Shown here piece after piece: positions 21,534-31,172 of a stretch of 64,000 nt of DNA; position 1 is the stretch's first letter, and each line of letters opens with the position of its first letter. The DNA comes from Gammaproteobacteria bacterium. Lineage in GTDB: Bacteria; Pseudomonadota; Gammaproteobacteria; Burkholderiales; SG8-41. Below the pieces are notes generated by a model, which was not told the DNA's origin, made no database searches, and was given only the letters and a program-made list of their open reading frames with translations. The DNA is taken from positions 6,035 to 70,034 of the forward strand of contig JBGPFE010000003.1 of the NCBI GenBank assembly GCA_041483135.1, given 5' to 3'. The position numbers and the translations under genes were made by a program.

Positions 21534-22799
21534 CTACCGCAGCAGGAGCGCGGTACCGATGCCGGCCGCGGTGAGCAGCAGGCCGGGCGCCGCGCGACGG
21601 CCGAGCAGCGTGCCGCCGATGACGAACACCAGCGCCGTCTTGAAGACGATGTTGGCAAGCATGGCGAGCCCGATGGTGGTAACGGCCTGCTCGGCGCCGA
21701 GTTTGCCGAGTTCGAACAGGCGCAGCGTGGAGAGCGTAATCGCATCGACGTCGGTCAGCCCGGAGACCAGCGCAACGGCATACAGCCCGCGCGGCCCCGC
21801 GACATCCGATAGCCACGCCCCAAGCAGCAGCACCACGCCGTAGATGGCGCCGAAACTAAGCGCAGTGCCGAGTTCGGTCGGATTCGCGATTTCGGGGACA
21901 GGCGGCTTGTCGCCGTCGCCGAGCGCCTGCCAGCGGTAAAGCGTGGCGGCCAGCCCGAGCACCAAGCCGCCCGCCAACACCGGCAGGAGCTTCGGCAGCA
22001 CAGCCAGCGAGACCACCGCGGTCAGCATCCCCACCCGCACCGGCAGCACCAGGTTGGCGAGCAGGATCACGACCACCGCGAGTTGAGCCATCTCGGCGTG
22101 AGCACGGCCGTTGCGCGCATAGACCAGCGTGGTCGCGGTGCTCGACACCAGCCCGCCGAATAGTCCCAGCAGCGGCGTGCCGTAGCGCTCGCCGACGATG
22201 CGCAAGGCAAGATAGCCGGCGAGGCTGACACCGGATATCAGCACGACCATGAGCCAGAGCTGGTGCGGATTGAACGCGTCGTAGGGGCCGAAATTCCGGT
22301 CCGGCAGGATCGGCAGGATGATGAACGACAGCACCGCGAACTGCAGCATCGACACCAGGTCGCGGCGCGTCAGGCTGCGCGTGACGCCGTGCAGTTCCGT
22401 CTTGAAGTAGAGCAGGATCGTGGTGACGATCGCGAGCATCACCGCGATGGTGCTGAAGCCGTACCACACGAGTGCGCCCAGGCCGTAGCACATCAGCAGC
22501 GCGGCGACCGTGGTGGTGCCGGGATCGCCGTCGTCGGGAGTGCCTTGCAGGTAGGCGGCGATGATCATTGCGCCGACGGCAAGCAGGCCGGCCGCGAGCA
22601 GCCACGGGGACGCGGCGCGTTCCGACACGAAAGCGGCGAGCGTGCCTAACATGGCGACCAGCGCGAACGTGCGCAGGCCGGCTTTGGCGGCCGGGCTGCG
22701 CTCGCGTTCGAGCCCGATCAGCAGGCCGATGCCGAGGCTGGTCAGAAAGCTCGCCAGCGGCTCGAGCCCGGCGCCTTCAAACAGGGTGTGGTCGATCAT
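21534..22799 (-). CDS. MgtC/SapB-family membrane protein with DUF4010-type C-terminal domain
   Basis: 421-aa polytopic protein. The N-terminal LGIGLLIGLERE block is typical of MgtC-like proteins. Confidence 0.7.
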   Translation of the reverse strand: MIDHTLFEGAGLEPLASFLTSLGIGLLIGLERERSPAAKAGLRTFALVAMLGTLAAFVSERAASPWLLAAGLLAVGAMIIAAYLQGTPDDGDPGTTTVAALLMCYGLGALVWYGFSTIAVMLAIVTTILLYFKTELHGVTRSLTRRDLVSMLQFAVLSFIILPILPDRNFGPYDAFNPHQLWLMVVLISGVSLAGYLALRIVGERYGTPLLGLFGGLVSSTATTLVYARNGRAHAEMAQLAVVVILLANLVLPVRVGMLTAVVSLAVLPKLLPVLAGGLVLGLAATLYRWQALGDGDKPPVPEIANPTELGTALSFGAIYGVVLLLGAWLSDVAGPRGLYAVALVSGLTDVDAITLSTLRLFELGKLGAEQAVTTIGLAMLANIVFKTALVFVIGGTLLGRRAAPGLLLTAAGIGTALLLR

Positions 22800-22802
22800 G
22801 CG

Positions 22803-24500
22803 TCATGCCTCTTGCCAGTGCTCTATTGTAAGTTGCAGCCGCTGTGCGCCGTTATATTCGTTGACGGCGAGGCGGTAGACCGCGTGTACGCGCCGCGGCA
22901 GCGGCGTCGCATGGGAAAACAGCATCGCCTCGAATTGGCCGCCGGGCCTGGCTAGGCGCAGCTTGAGATGGCGCTCGCCGACTATCCGTTGCTGCGCAAC
23001 TTCGAATTCGTCGTCGAACGTCGGCGGCGGAAACCCCTGTCCCCAGACTTGCTGCTCGAGTATCCGTGCCGATTCGAGCGTCAGGTGCTCGACCGGCAGC
23101 GCGCCGTCCGTTTCGATCATGCGCTCGAGATCGGCCGGCGTGAGCAGCGCCTGCGCGGTCGTTTCGAACGCCGCGCGGAAACGCTCGAGATCGGCTTCGC
23201 GCAGCGTAAGGCCGGCTGCTGCGGCGTGCCACCCGAAGCGAATGAGCAGCGCGGGTTCGCGCTTGGCCACCAGATCGAGCGCATCGCGCAGATGCAGCGC
23301 GGCTATCGAGCGCCCGGAGCCTTTGAGTTCGCCGCTCGCGCCGCGCGCGAATGCGATCACCGGCCGGTGAAAGCGCTCCTTGAGGCGCGAGGCGAGAATG
23401 CCGATCACGCCCTGGTGCCAGCCGGGATCGAACAGGCACAGGCTGTAGCTGTCCTGCGGCGAAATTTGATCCAGAATCGCGAGCGCGTTATCGTGCATGC
23501 CGGCTTCGATCGAGCGGCGCTCCCGGTTCAATCGATCGAGTTCGCGCGCGATGCGCTCTGCGGTGGCGGGGTCGTTGCCGATCAGGCATTCGATGCCGAC
23601 CGCCATGTCATCGAGCCGGCCCGCGGCGTTGAGCCGCGGGCCGAGCACGAAGCCGAGATCGTACGTCGTTGCCTTGGCCGGGTTGCGGCCGGCGACGCGC
23701 ATCAGCGCGGCGATTCCGGGCCACGTTTTGCCGGCGCGGATGTGCTGCAGCCCCTGCCGCACCAATATCCGGTTGTTGTCGTCGAGCCGCACCACGTCGG
23801 CAACCGTGCCGAGCGCGACCAGGTCGAGCAGCGCGGCCAGGTTGGGCTCCGTCTTGCCTTCGAATGCGCCGCGTTTTCTCAATTCTGCCCGCAGGGCGAG
23901 CATCAGGTAGAACATCACGCCGACGCCGGCGAGATTTTTGCTCGGGAAGCCGCATCCCGGCTGGTTCGGATTGATGATGCATAACGCGTCGGGCAACGTC
24001 GCGCCGGGCAGATGGTGATCGGTGATCAGCACGCGCATGCCGAGCTGGTTGGCGGCGGCGACCCCATCGACGCTCGCGATGCCGTTGTCGACCGTGATCA
24101 GGATGTCGGGGTTCTTGATCTGCTTGGCGAGCGCTACGATCTCAGGCGTCAGGCCGTATCCGTACTCGAAGCGATTCGGCACCAGGTAATCGACGACGGC
24201 GCCAAATTCGCGCAGCGCGCGCATGCCGACCGCACAGGCGGTTGCGCCGTCGGAATCGTAATCGGCGACGATCAGCAGTCGTTGCTGGGTGGCGATCGCG
24301 TCGGCGATGATCGCTGCCATGCGTTCGACGTTGTGCAGGCGATCCAGCGGCGCAAGGCCGCCGAGTCCGGTTGCAAGCTGCTGCATCGAGGTCACGCCGC
24401 GCGCGGCATAAATGCGCGCAAGCAATGGGTGCAAACCGGCTTCCGCCAATGTTGCGATCGACGCGGCGGGTGCGCTGCGGGTGGCGAGGCTAAGCGGCAT
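22803..24500 (-). CDS. recJ: single-stranded-DNA-specific exonuclease RecJ
   Basis: DHH motifs (IVADYDSDGATA, ITDHH), a DHHA1 region (GGHAAAAG-like GWHAAAAG), and 565 aa. Confidence 0.93.
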   Translation of the reverse strand: MPLSLATRSAPAASIATLAEAGLHPLLARIYAARGVTSMQQLATGLGGLAPLDRLHNVERMAAIIADAIATQQRLLIVADYDSDGATACAVGMRALREFGAVVDYLVPNRFEYGYGLTPEIVALAKQIKNPDILITVDNGIASVDGVAAANQLGMRVLITDHHLPGATLPDALCIINPNQPGCGFPSKNLAGVGVMFYLMLALRAELRKRGAFEGKTEPNLAALLDLVALGTVADVVRLDDNNRILVRQGLQHIRAGKTWPGIAALMRVAGRNPAKATTYDLGFVLGPRLNAAGRLDDMAVGIECLIGNDPATAERIARELDRLNRERRSIEAGMHDNALAILDQISPQDSYSLCLFDPGWHQGVIGILASRLKERFHRPVIAFARGASGELKGSGRSIAALHLRDALDLVAKREPALLIRFGWHAAAAGLTLREADLERFRAAFETTAQALLTPADLERMIETDGALPVEHLTLESARILEQQVWGQGFPPPTFDDEFEVAQQRIVGERHLKLRLARPGGQFEAMLFSHATPLPRRVHAVYRLAVNEYNGAQRLQLTIEHWQEA

Positions 24501-24506
24501 GGCTGG

Positions 24507-25541
24507 TCATACGGCGATTGCATAGTTCTCGAGCGGCCGCGCACGCCGCCAGAACCGCCACGATTGTGACCGCGTGAGCGTCGCTTCGAGCAAGTTCTCG
24601 CTATTGCATGCTGCGAGCGTGATGGCGGAAATCTTCCCTGTGCGCAGCGCCGCCAGCAAAGCGTTCATCCAATTGCGTTCAAGCAGCGCGAGTTGTTCTC
24701 GCCAGGCAGCGAGGTCGCCCGACTGCAGCGCGGCCGCCAACTGATCGAATACCAGCAGAGGGTTGCCGTCTTCGGCAGGCACTGTGGCGAGCCACGCAGC
24801 GCCGCCGGCGGGCAAATCGTGATGCGCAATGCCGGCCTTGGCGGCGAGTGAGCGCGCCAAAATATCGTCGCTCCACACTGCGGAGTAAGGCGAACGCGCT
24901 ACCGCCGGCGCCGTACCGCCGCCCCACAACCAGATGCTGTTGACCGTCGCTGCACCGCGCGTTTCGCGTACCGCATTCACCGCGTGCGCGTGCAGCACCA
25001 TTTGCGCCTCGTTGATTACGCGGTGCCAGGCGAGCGCGTCATCGCCCCGCGGCAGATGACGGTCTATGTCGTGGCGGGTTACGCGCGCAAGCGGCGTGGT
25101 GACGAGACCGGGTTCGCGTTCCGTGCGCAGGTACCAGCGTTGCGGGGAGGGTGCGAGCAAGGTGATGCCGTCGCCCCCGAAGTGCCGGTTGAGCGCTGCC
25201 ACCAGAGCATGCGCTTCGTCCGTGTCGAGATCTGCCACGCGGCCGGCCATCATCAACTGTCCGCGGTTGACGCGCAATTCGACCGGATCCGCGCGCAGCC
25301 AGTAATGAAGTTCAGGCTCGACGCCGTCCACTCTCAATGTCAACGCCGCGACCGGCCAGTCCTGCTGTTTCACGATTCCGAACGCACGGCACAACCATGC
25401 CTCGGGCCCGAGCGCGGGCTGCAATGCAACGCTCGCGCGCGCGAGCAAAGTTTCCAGCAGGGGCAGGCGCATATCCTGGTAGGGCTCGCCGCCCACCGCG
25501 GACGGCAGCAGCAAATCGGAAATCAGCAGAGTGCAGCGCAT
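24507..25541 (-). CDS. conserved hypothetical protein
   Basis: 344-aa ORF with coding-like composition, tightly packed 6 nt upstream of recJ. I do not recognise any domain. Confidence 0.5.
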   Translation of the reverse strand: MRCTLLISDLLLPSAVGGEPYQDMRLPLLETLLARASVALQPALGPEAWLCRAFGIVKQQDWPVAALTLRVDGVEPELHYWLRADPVELRVNRGQLMMAGRVADLDTDEAHALVAALNRHFGGDGITLLAPSPQRWYLRTEREPGLVTTPLARVTRHDIDRHLPRGDDALAWHRVINEAQMVLHAHAVNAVRETRGAATVNSIWLWGGGTAPAVARSPYSAVWSDDILARSLAAKAGIAHHDLPAGGAAWLATVPAEDGNPLLVFDQLAAALQSGDLAAWREQLALLERNWMNALLAALRTGKISAITLAACNSENLLEATLTRSQSWRFWRRARPLENYAIAV

Positions 25542-25650
25542 GGACCAGGCCGGGGAGTGTTTTGCAGTTTACCATTCACGCCGGCATGCGGCCGGCCGCT
25601 ATGTGCCGACGCGCCGGCATTGTGGCAAACTTGCGCTTTCGCCACGGGCG

Positions 25651-26901
25651 TTGATCTTGCAACCTTACGAGCTCTTCATCGGTTTGCGCTACACGCGCGC
25701 GCGGCAGCGCAGCCGTTTCATCTCGCTTATTTCGCTGGTATCGGTGATCGGCATCGCGCTCGGCATCACGGTGCTGATCACGGTGCTGTCGGTGATGAAC
25801 GGTTTTCAGCGCGAGGTGCGTACACGCATCTTGAGTGTGGCGTCTCATGTCCAGATTTCAGGCGCTGACAACACGCTTGCCGACTGGCGCGCCGTCGCGG
25901 CTGCCGCCGAAAAAAACGAGCAGGTGGTGGCGGCCGCGCCGTACGTGACGGCCCAGGGGCTGCTGTCGAGCGGCGGTTCGGTGCGCGGCGTTTATATACG
26001 CGGCATCATTCCGAATTACGAGGAAAAAGCCGCCGATCTCGCGCAGCACATGCAGGCCGGCAGCCTGACTGCGCTGAAACCGGGCGAATTCGGCATCGTG
26101 CTCGGCATCGAGCTCGCGCGCGCGCTCGGCGTGCTGGTCGGCGACAAGGTGGTGTTGATCGCGCCGCAGGGGCAGGTGACGCCGGCCGGCGTCCTGCCGC
26201 GGCTGCGGCAGTTCACCGTGGCCGGGATTTTCTTTGTCGACCATTACGAGTACGATTCCGGCCTGGCGCTCATCGAACTGGAAGACGCGCAGAAGCTCTA
26301 CCGCATGGGCACGCAGGTGAGCGGCGTGCGTCTGAAGCTCAAGGATCTGTTCCAGTCGGGCGCCGTGTCGCGCGATCTCGCGCGCAGTCTCGGGCCGGAC
26401 ACCATCATCACGGACTGGACGCGGCTCAACGCGAATTTCTTTCGTGCCGTCGACATCGAGAAGCGCATGATGTTCCTGATCGTGTTCCTGATCATCGCGG
26501 TCGCCGCGTTCAACATCGTCTCGAGTCTATTCATGGCGGTGAAGGACAAGCAGTCCGACATCGCGATCCTGCGCACGCTCGGCGCGAGCCCGGGCAGCGT
26601 GACGAAAATCTTCCTGATCCAGGGCACGTTGATCGGCTTGATGGGGACGCTCGCCGGCGTGATCGGCGGCGTCGCGTTAGCCGCCAATGTGGACGTGGTG
26701 GTGCCGTTTCTCGAACAGATGCTCGGCTTCAAGTTCCTTTCCAAGGACGTCTACCAGATCAGCGAGCTGCCCTCGGAGTTGCGCGCGTCCGATATCCTGC
26801 TGACGGCGTTTTTCTCCTTCGTGGTCAGCATGCTCGCGACGATTTATCCGAGCTGGCGCGCGGCCAAGATCAATCCCGCGGAGGCGCTGCGCTATGAATA
26901 G
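25651..26901 (+). CDS. lolC: lipoprotein-releasing ABC transporter permease LolC/E
   Basis: Begins (TTG) [24 protein letters not shown], the typical LolC/E N-terminus. MacB-like periplasmic domain plus FtsX domain. The 120 nt upstream of it in the listed ORF were rejected. Confidence 0.88.
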   Translation: MILQPYELFIGLRYTRARQRSRFISLISLVSVIGIALGITVLITVLSVMNGFQREVRTRILSVASHVQISGADNTLADWRAVAAAAEKNEQVVAAAPYVTAQGLLSSGGSVRGVYIRGIIPNYEEKAADLAQHMQAGSLTALKPGEFGIVLGIELARALGVLVGDKVVLIAPQGQVTPAGVLPRLRQFTVAGIFFVDHYEYDSGLALIELEDAQKLYRMGTQVSGVRLKLKDLFQSGAVSRDLARSLGPDTIITDWTRLNANFFRAVDIEKRMMFLIVFLIIAVAAFNIVSSLFMAVKDKQSDIAILRTLGASPGSVTKIFLIQGTLIGLMGTLAGVIGGVALAANVDVVVPFLEQMLGFKFLSKDVYQISELPSELRASDILLTAFFSFVVSMLATIYPSWRAAKINPAEALRYE

Positions 26902-27601
26902 CGGTCAGCGCTCAGCGGTCAGCGTTCAGCCGGCGCTCGCGTGCCACGGCCTGCGCAAGATCTACTGGCAGGGTAAAGTCGAAGTGCCGGTGCTGCTCGG
27001 CGTGGATCTCACGGTAGCGAAAGGCGAGTTTGTCGCGATCGTCGGCGCTTCGGGTTCGGGCAAGAGCACGCTGCTGCATCTGCTCGGCGGGCTCGACGCC
27101 GCAAGCGGCGGCGAGGTCCTGATCGGCGGGCGCGATATCCAGTCGCTCGACGAGGCCGAGCGCGGCGAGCTGCGCAACCGCGCGCTCGGATTCGTTTACC
27201 AGTTCCATCATCTGCTGCCGGAATTCACCGCGGTCGAGAACGTCGCGATGCCGCTCCTGATCCGGCGCCTGGCGGATGCCGAAGCCGGGGCGCTCGCGGT
27301 CGGGATGTTGAAGCGGGTCGGGCTCGGCCATCGTTTGGCCCACGCGCCGTCCGAGCTGTCGGGCGGCGAGCGCCAGCGCGTTGCGCTTGCGCGCGCGCTG
27401 GTCACGAACCCGGCGTGCGTGCTGGCCGACGAGCCGACCGGCAACCTCGATCGTCAGACCGCGGGCGAGGTGTTCGAACTGATGCTCGAACTCAACCGCG
27501 GCTTCAACACCAGTCTCGTGATCGCGACTCACGACAGCGAAATCGCGTCGCGTGCCGGGCGCATCCTGAGATTGGTCGATGGGGTGCTGCGGACGGCTTG
27601 A
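26894..27601 (+). CDS. lolD: lipoprotein-releasing ABC transporter ATP-binding protein LolD
   Basis: Walker [10 protein letters not shown], signature LSGGERQR, Walker [11 protein letters not shown]. Overlaps the lolC stop by 8 nt. Confidence 0.92.
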   Translation: MNSGQRSAVSVQPALACHGLRKIYWQGKVEVPVLLGVDLTVAKGEFVAIVGASGSGKSTLLHLLGGLDAASGGEVLIGGRDIQSLDEAERGELRNRALGFVYQFHHLLPEFTAVENVAMPLLIRRLADAEAGALAVGMLKRVGLGHRLAHAPSELSGGERQRVALARALVTNPACVLADEPTGNLDRQTAGEVFELMLELNRGFNTSLVIATHDSEIASRAGRILRLVDGVLRTA

Positions 27602-27644
27602 GTTGACATTGTCCGGCGCACCTGTCCGGACAAGCTCAAGGTGA

Positions 27645-27986
27645 TCATTGGACCGGTTCCGGGCCGCACCCCTTGGTCTCGCGCAGATGCCGCAGCTGCA
27701 CGAGACGTGTATTTGCGCTTTGAAGAGCGTCGGTTTTTTCGAGATTGTTTCCCATTCCGAAGTCGCCCAGGACCGCGATTGCGTCGCGCCCGCTGAATTC
27801 ACTTTCTTTCTTCACGCGGTCGATAAACGCCCTGACTTTTGCCGTGTCGAGATCGATGTCCCGGCAGGTCATGGATTCTTTCTCCTTGTCCGTGAGTAAT
27901 GGTTGCCGGCCGTAAGTTTTGGTCGCACACCCCTGGACTGAAGCCAGCACGAGAACGGCAGCTGCGAGCAGCAACGCATGTTTCAT
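27645..27986 (-). CDS. hypothetical lipoprotein
   Basis: Signal peptide with lipobox MKHALLLAAAVLVLASVQGC. 113 aa, no recognised domain. Confidence 0.6.
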   Translation of the reverse strand: MKHALLLAAAVLVLASVQGCATKTYGRQPLLTDKEKESMTCRDIDLDTAKVRAFIDRVKKESEFSGRDAIAVLGDFGMGNNLEKTDALQSANTRLVQLRHLRETKGCGPEPVQ

Positions 27987-28013
27987 TGTTCCCTCATTCC
28001 TCGAAATTAAAAC

Positions 28014-28604
28014 TCATTTCCTTTCCATCAACCTGGCCAGGGCCGAATCGTTCTCGGACCCGGTCGCTACAAGTTTCGATACGACGGCGGCCCGATCGGC
28101 GGCAGACCGGTTTTGGCCAAGCTTGAATTTGCCTTGTATTTCCCTGATTCGGACTTCTATTCCTACAATGGCCCCCAGAAGTCCTTGATCGTACCCGGGC
28201 AGCCAGGGAGGCTTGTTATTGCGTTCATATTTCTCCGTGAGGCGCTCGACGATGCGCTTGATGCGGGACCGGTCATCCAGGGCTTGGGCGCTCCCATAAA
28301 CGTGGGCGACTGCGTAATTCCAGGTCGGCACGCCCGGGGCGAGGTACCACGAGGGAGATATGTAGGCATGCGGCCCCTGGAAGATGGCCATGACCTCCGC
28401 CCCATTTGAAAAGTGCTGCCACTGCGGATTGGCCCGCGCGACATGCCCAAGCAATACGTTCGCTTCCCGGTCGTAGATGAAAGGAATGTGGCTCGCAAAC
28501 GGACGGCCCTCGAATACCGTGACCAATACTCCAAATGCATTTTCATTGATGAATGCGGCCAGCTTGTCACCGTCGTCCTCGCCGAAGTGCTTGGGAACGT
28601 ACAT
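28014..28604 (-). CDS. FMN-binding negative transcriptional regulator (PaiB family)
   Basis: MYVPKHF...NAFGVLVT...PFASHIPF...GHVARANPQW...VPTWNY... matches the PaiB family pattern. Confidence 0.85.
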   Translation of the reverse strand: MYVPKHFGEDDGDKLAAFINENAFGVLVTVFEGRPFASHIPFIYDREANVLLGHVARANPQWQHFSNGAEVMAIFQGPHAYISPSWYLAPGVPTWNYAVAHVYGSAQALDDRSRIKRIVERLTEKYERNNKPPWLPGYDQGLLGAIVGIEVRIREIQGKFKLGQNRSAADRAAVVSKLVATGSENDSALARLMERK

Positions 28605-28756
28605 GGCGCGTAATGAGTTCTAACGAGCGGGCGCCGGAGCGCGAAGCGCTACGGGAACCCGACAGCGACGCTGTCGGGCGCTCCGCTCGAATGCGGGGTT
28701 AGGCGCAACGTTCGCTTGCCGGTCTTCAGTTCGGTCGCGCGGTGCCCGTAAGACGT

Positions 28757-28957
28757 TCATTCCAGCTTACTGATTAAGCGATAGATCGCGATTAAAATTC
28801 CGAATCCGATGTACATCCCCAATAACGCAACAAGCATTAGCATCGCCACCGCGAAGCTTATTATTTTCGCTTCCGACAGAAAAATAATCGTGCCAGCGAG
28901 ACCGATGAACGAAGCAGCGATGCCGGCAGCGACCTTTAGCGTTCTATTCTTTGGCAT
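28757..28957 (-). CDS. small two-TM membrane protein (hypothetical)
   Basis: 66-aa hydrophobic ORF in the AT-rich islet. Codon usage is atypical for this window. Confidence 0.4.
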   Translation of the reverse strand: MPKNRTLKVAAGIAASFIGLAGTIIFLSEAKIISFAVAMLMLVALLGMYIGFGILIAIYRLISKLE

Positions 28958-29128
28958 AGGTTATGCCGGCTCCCTCGACGACGCCTGAATGAATGAGCCT
29001 GAACATGGCGCCCAACATCTGACTTCATCGGCCTGCGCGGCTTTTTGTGCAGGTCCGGTGCAAGGATGGGTTGGCCACCCGAAAGGTAACATTCGCTAGC
29101 GCTGTATCTACAGGACGAGAAATGGCCC

Positions 29129-29455
29129 TCACTCCACAGATGAAAATCGATTTGGCTCTTTGGCTTCCTGTATAGCCCACACAATTAGGACAATCCATCC
29201 AATTATTGGAATGAACCAAAGCAGAAGAAACCACCCACTTCTATCTGTGTCGTGTAGCCGCCGCGCGCCAACTGCCAGGGACGGTAGCAAAACCCCCAGC
29301 GAAAAAAGCCCTGACAACATCTCGCTTACGATACCTGATGCCGCCGACGCCAAGAAAGTAAAAAGGAACCACCACCAATACTCCGACCGAGAGGCGCGCC
29401 CGTTAAACGCGGCATATTTTGAGAAACAGGTGCTAATGGATTCGCCGAATGTCAT
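29129..29455 (-). CDS. DUF805 domain-containing membrane protein
   Basis: FNGRASRSEYWWWFLF...ARRLHDTDRSGW is the DUF805 (YhaH/YhaI-like) signature. Confidence 0.75.
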   Translation of the reverse strand: MTFGESISTCFSKYAAFNGRASRSEYWWWFLFTFLASAASGIVSEMLSGLFSLGVLLPSLAVGARRLHDTDRSGWFLLLWFIPIIGWIVLIVWAIQEAKEPNRFSSVE

Positions 29456-29905
29456 GTGCTACCTCCTGATCTAAGTTTATCGGAACAACAAGATGTATTA
29501 GTTTTCAACAATCAAAAGAGAACAGATCATCGAGGTTGGGGCATCCAACGTGAATTAGGTGAAAAGATAGATGCTGATTTAGATGACATATTAGATGACA
29601 ATTTAGTTGGCACTCATCACTCTTTCATCGACTAGTACTTTTGTCATGGCCCGTCATCCTGTTGGCCCGTCTATACGTTACGCCGGATACTGTGCAATGA
29701 CAAACCAGTCTCAAAAAGGCGGGAAGCGCAAATGGCGGAGCATGGCAAGGGAATGGCGGTGGAACAGGTTGCACGGCCGCAGCTTCCGGATTTGGCGCGC
29801 GACGTTTCTTCGTCTCTCGATTTTCTCAGTGTCCCCTGTGGTCCCCTGTGGCCAAGGTCTTTGGCTCTTGGTCTTATCCGCGTTCATCGGCGGTTGCATC
29901 GGGTT

Positions 29906-30526
29906 CTAGTACTCGACCGGAACCGGATCTAGGCTCCGCCACATGTACCAGGTCGCGACCGAGCGCCACGGCAGCCAGCGCCTGGCGATCGAATTCATTT
30001 TGAGCTTCGACAGCGGCCGGCCATGGTTGTAATGCAGGCTCATGGCACGCTGCAGGCCGATGTCGTCGACCGGCAGCACGTCGGGGCGCGTCATGTAGAA
30101 AATGAGGAACATCTCGGCGGTCCAGCGGCCGATGCCGCGCACCTGCGTCAACTCGGCGATCAACTCATCGTCCGACATCTTGTCCCAGCGCTTGACGTCG
30201 AGCCGGTTCTCGACGAAATGACGCGCCAGATCCTGCATGTAAACGACCTTGCTGCGCGACAGCCCGCAACCGCGCAAGGCGTCGGCGTCGTGGCTGTGGA
30301 TGACCTCGGGCCGCATCGCCGGCACCGCGGTGATGAGTTTTTGCCATACGCTGGCGGCGGCCTTGACCGAGATCTGCTGGCCGACGATCGAGCGCGCGAG
30401 CGTGTTGAACGCATCGCCGCGTGAACGCAGCGTGAGGCCGTGTGATCTGGCGGCTATTTTTTTTATTACCGCATCGCGCTTCGCCAGCTCGCGGGTCGCC
30501 TGCTTCCAGTAGCTAGGGGTGGTCAT
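29906..30526 (-). CDS. DNA-3-methyladenine glycosylase II-like HhH-GPD protein
   Basis: QQISVKAAASVW, LTQVRGIGRWTAEMFLIF (HhH-GPD) and catalytic-Asp PVDDIGL. The ATG at 30526 overlaps the upstream gene's stop (ATGA). The 373-aa ORF extension was rejected. Confidence 0.8.
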   Translation of the reverse strand: MTTPSYWKQATRELAKRDAVIKKIAARSHGLTLRSRGDAFNTLARSIVGQQISVKAAASVWQKLITAVPAMRPEVIHSHDADALRGCGLSRSKVVYMQDLARHFVENRLDVKRWDKMSDDELIAELTQVRGIGRWTAEMFLIFYMTRPDVLPVDDIGLQRAMSLHYNHGRPLSKLKMNSIARRWLPWRSVATWYMWRSLDPVPVEY

Positions 30527-31095
30527 GATGCCGATGGGCTCCTGTTTATTCTGAGTTGCCGCCGACGGTGCCATGCGCGGCCGACATAGAGCCGCCACGC
30601 GCAATTGACTGCGACAAAGCCGGTGATCGCGAGGAGCGCGGCGAGCAGCGGCAATCCGATCAGGAGCGGCTTGCCGACCGACACGGCCCAGTCCAGCATC
30701 GCCGGCAGCCAGTCGCGCAGGCGCATGCCTTCGGTGTGGACGGCGAGCGCCGGCACGCTTTCGCCGGCGCGCAGCAGCGCGACTTGGCCGAGTTTGTAGG
30801 CGCAGTAATACAGCGGCACGATCGTGAACGGATTGGTGTAGAGCGTGGTAAACGCGGCGACCGGCAGGTTCACACGAAACAGTATGGCGCCGATTGCCGC
30901 CGCGAGAAATTGCACCGGATTGCTGCCCGGGATCAGGCCGGTGAACATGCCGACCGCGACGCCGCCCGCGACCGCACGCCGGTGCAAGTGCCACAGGTTG
31001 TGGTGCTTGAGCAGCGGGCCGAACCATCCGATGTAGCGATTCTCGAGGATCGTTGCATGGCTCGGCAGGTATTTCCTGAAAAACTTGCGGGGCAT
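30523..31095 (-). CDS. DUF2062 domain-containing membrane protein
   Basis: N-terminus MPRKFFRKYLPSHATILENRYIGWFGPLLKHHNLWHLHRRAVAGGVAVGMF matches the DUF2062 family pattern. Confidence 0.75.
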   Translation of the reverse strand: MPRKFFRKYLPSHATILENRYIGWFGPLLKHHNLWHLHRRAVAGGVAVGMFTGLIPGSNPVQFLAAAIGAILFRVNLPVAAFTTLYTNPFTIVPLYYCAYKLGQVALLRAGESVPALAVHTEGMRLRDWLPAMLDWAVSVGKPLLIGLPLLAALLAITGFVAVNCAWRLYVGRAWHRRRQLRINRSPSAS

Positions 31096-31172
31096 GGAGG
31101 GCCGGACTGAAAAGGGTAGATATTGTATCGAAAATCGTCTCTCAACCGGCCCGGTCGTGCGTTAAGCCATGA

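Noticed and set aside
26900-26934. An alternative lolD start downstream of the repeat element
   Set aside because: No in-frame ATG, GTG or TTG lies between the repeat and the conserved LRKIY...GASGSGKST region. The repeat is therefore most likely translated.
28605-29905. IS element or prophage remnant in the AT-rich islet
   Set aside because: No transposase or integrase-like ORF was found, and I could identify no terminal inverted repeats. I report it only as a compositional islet.
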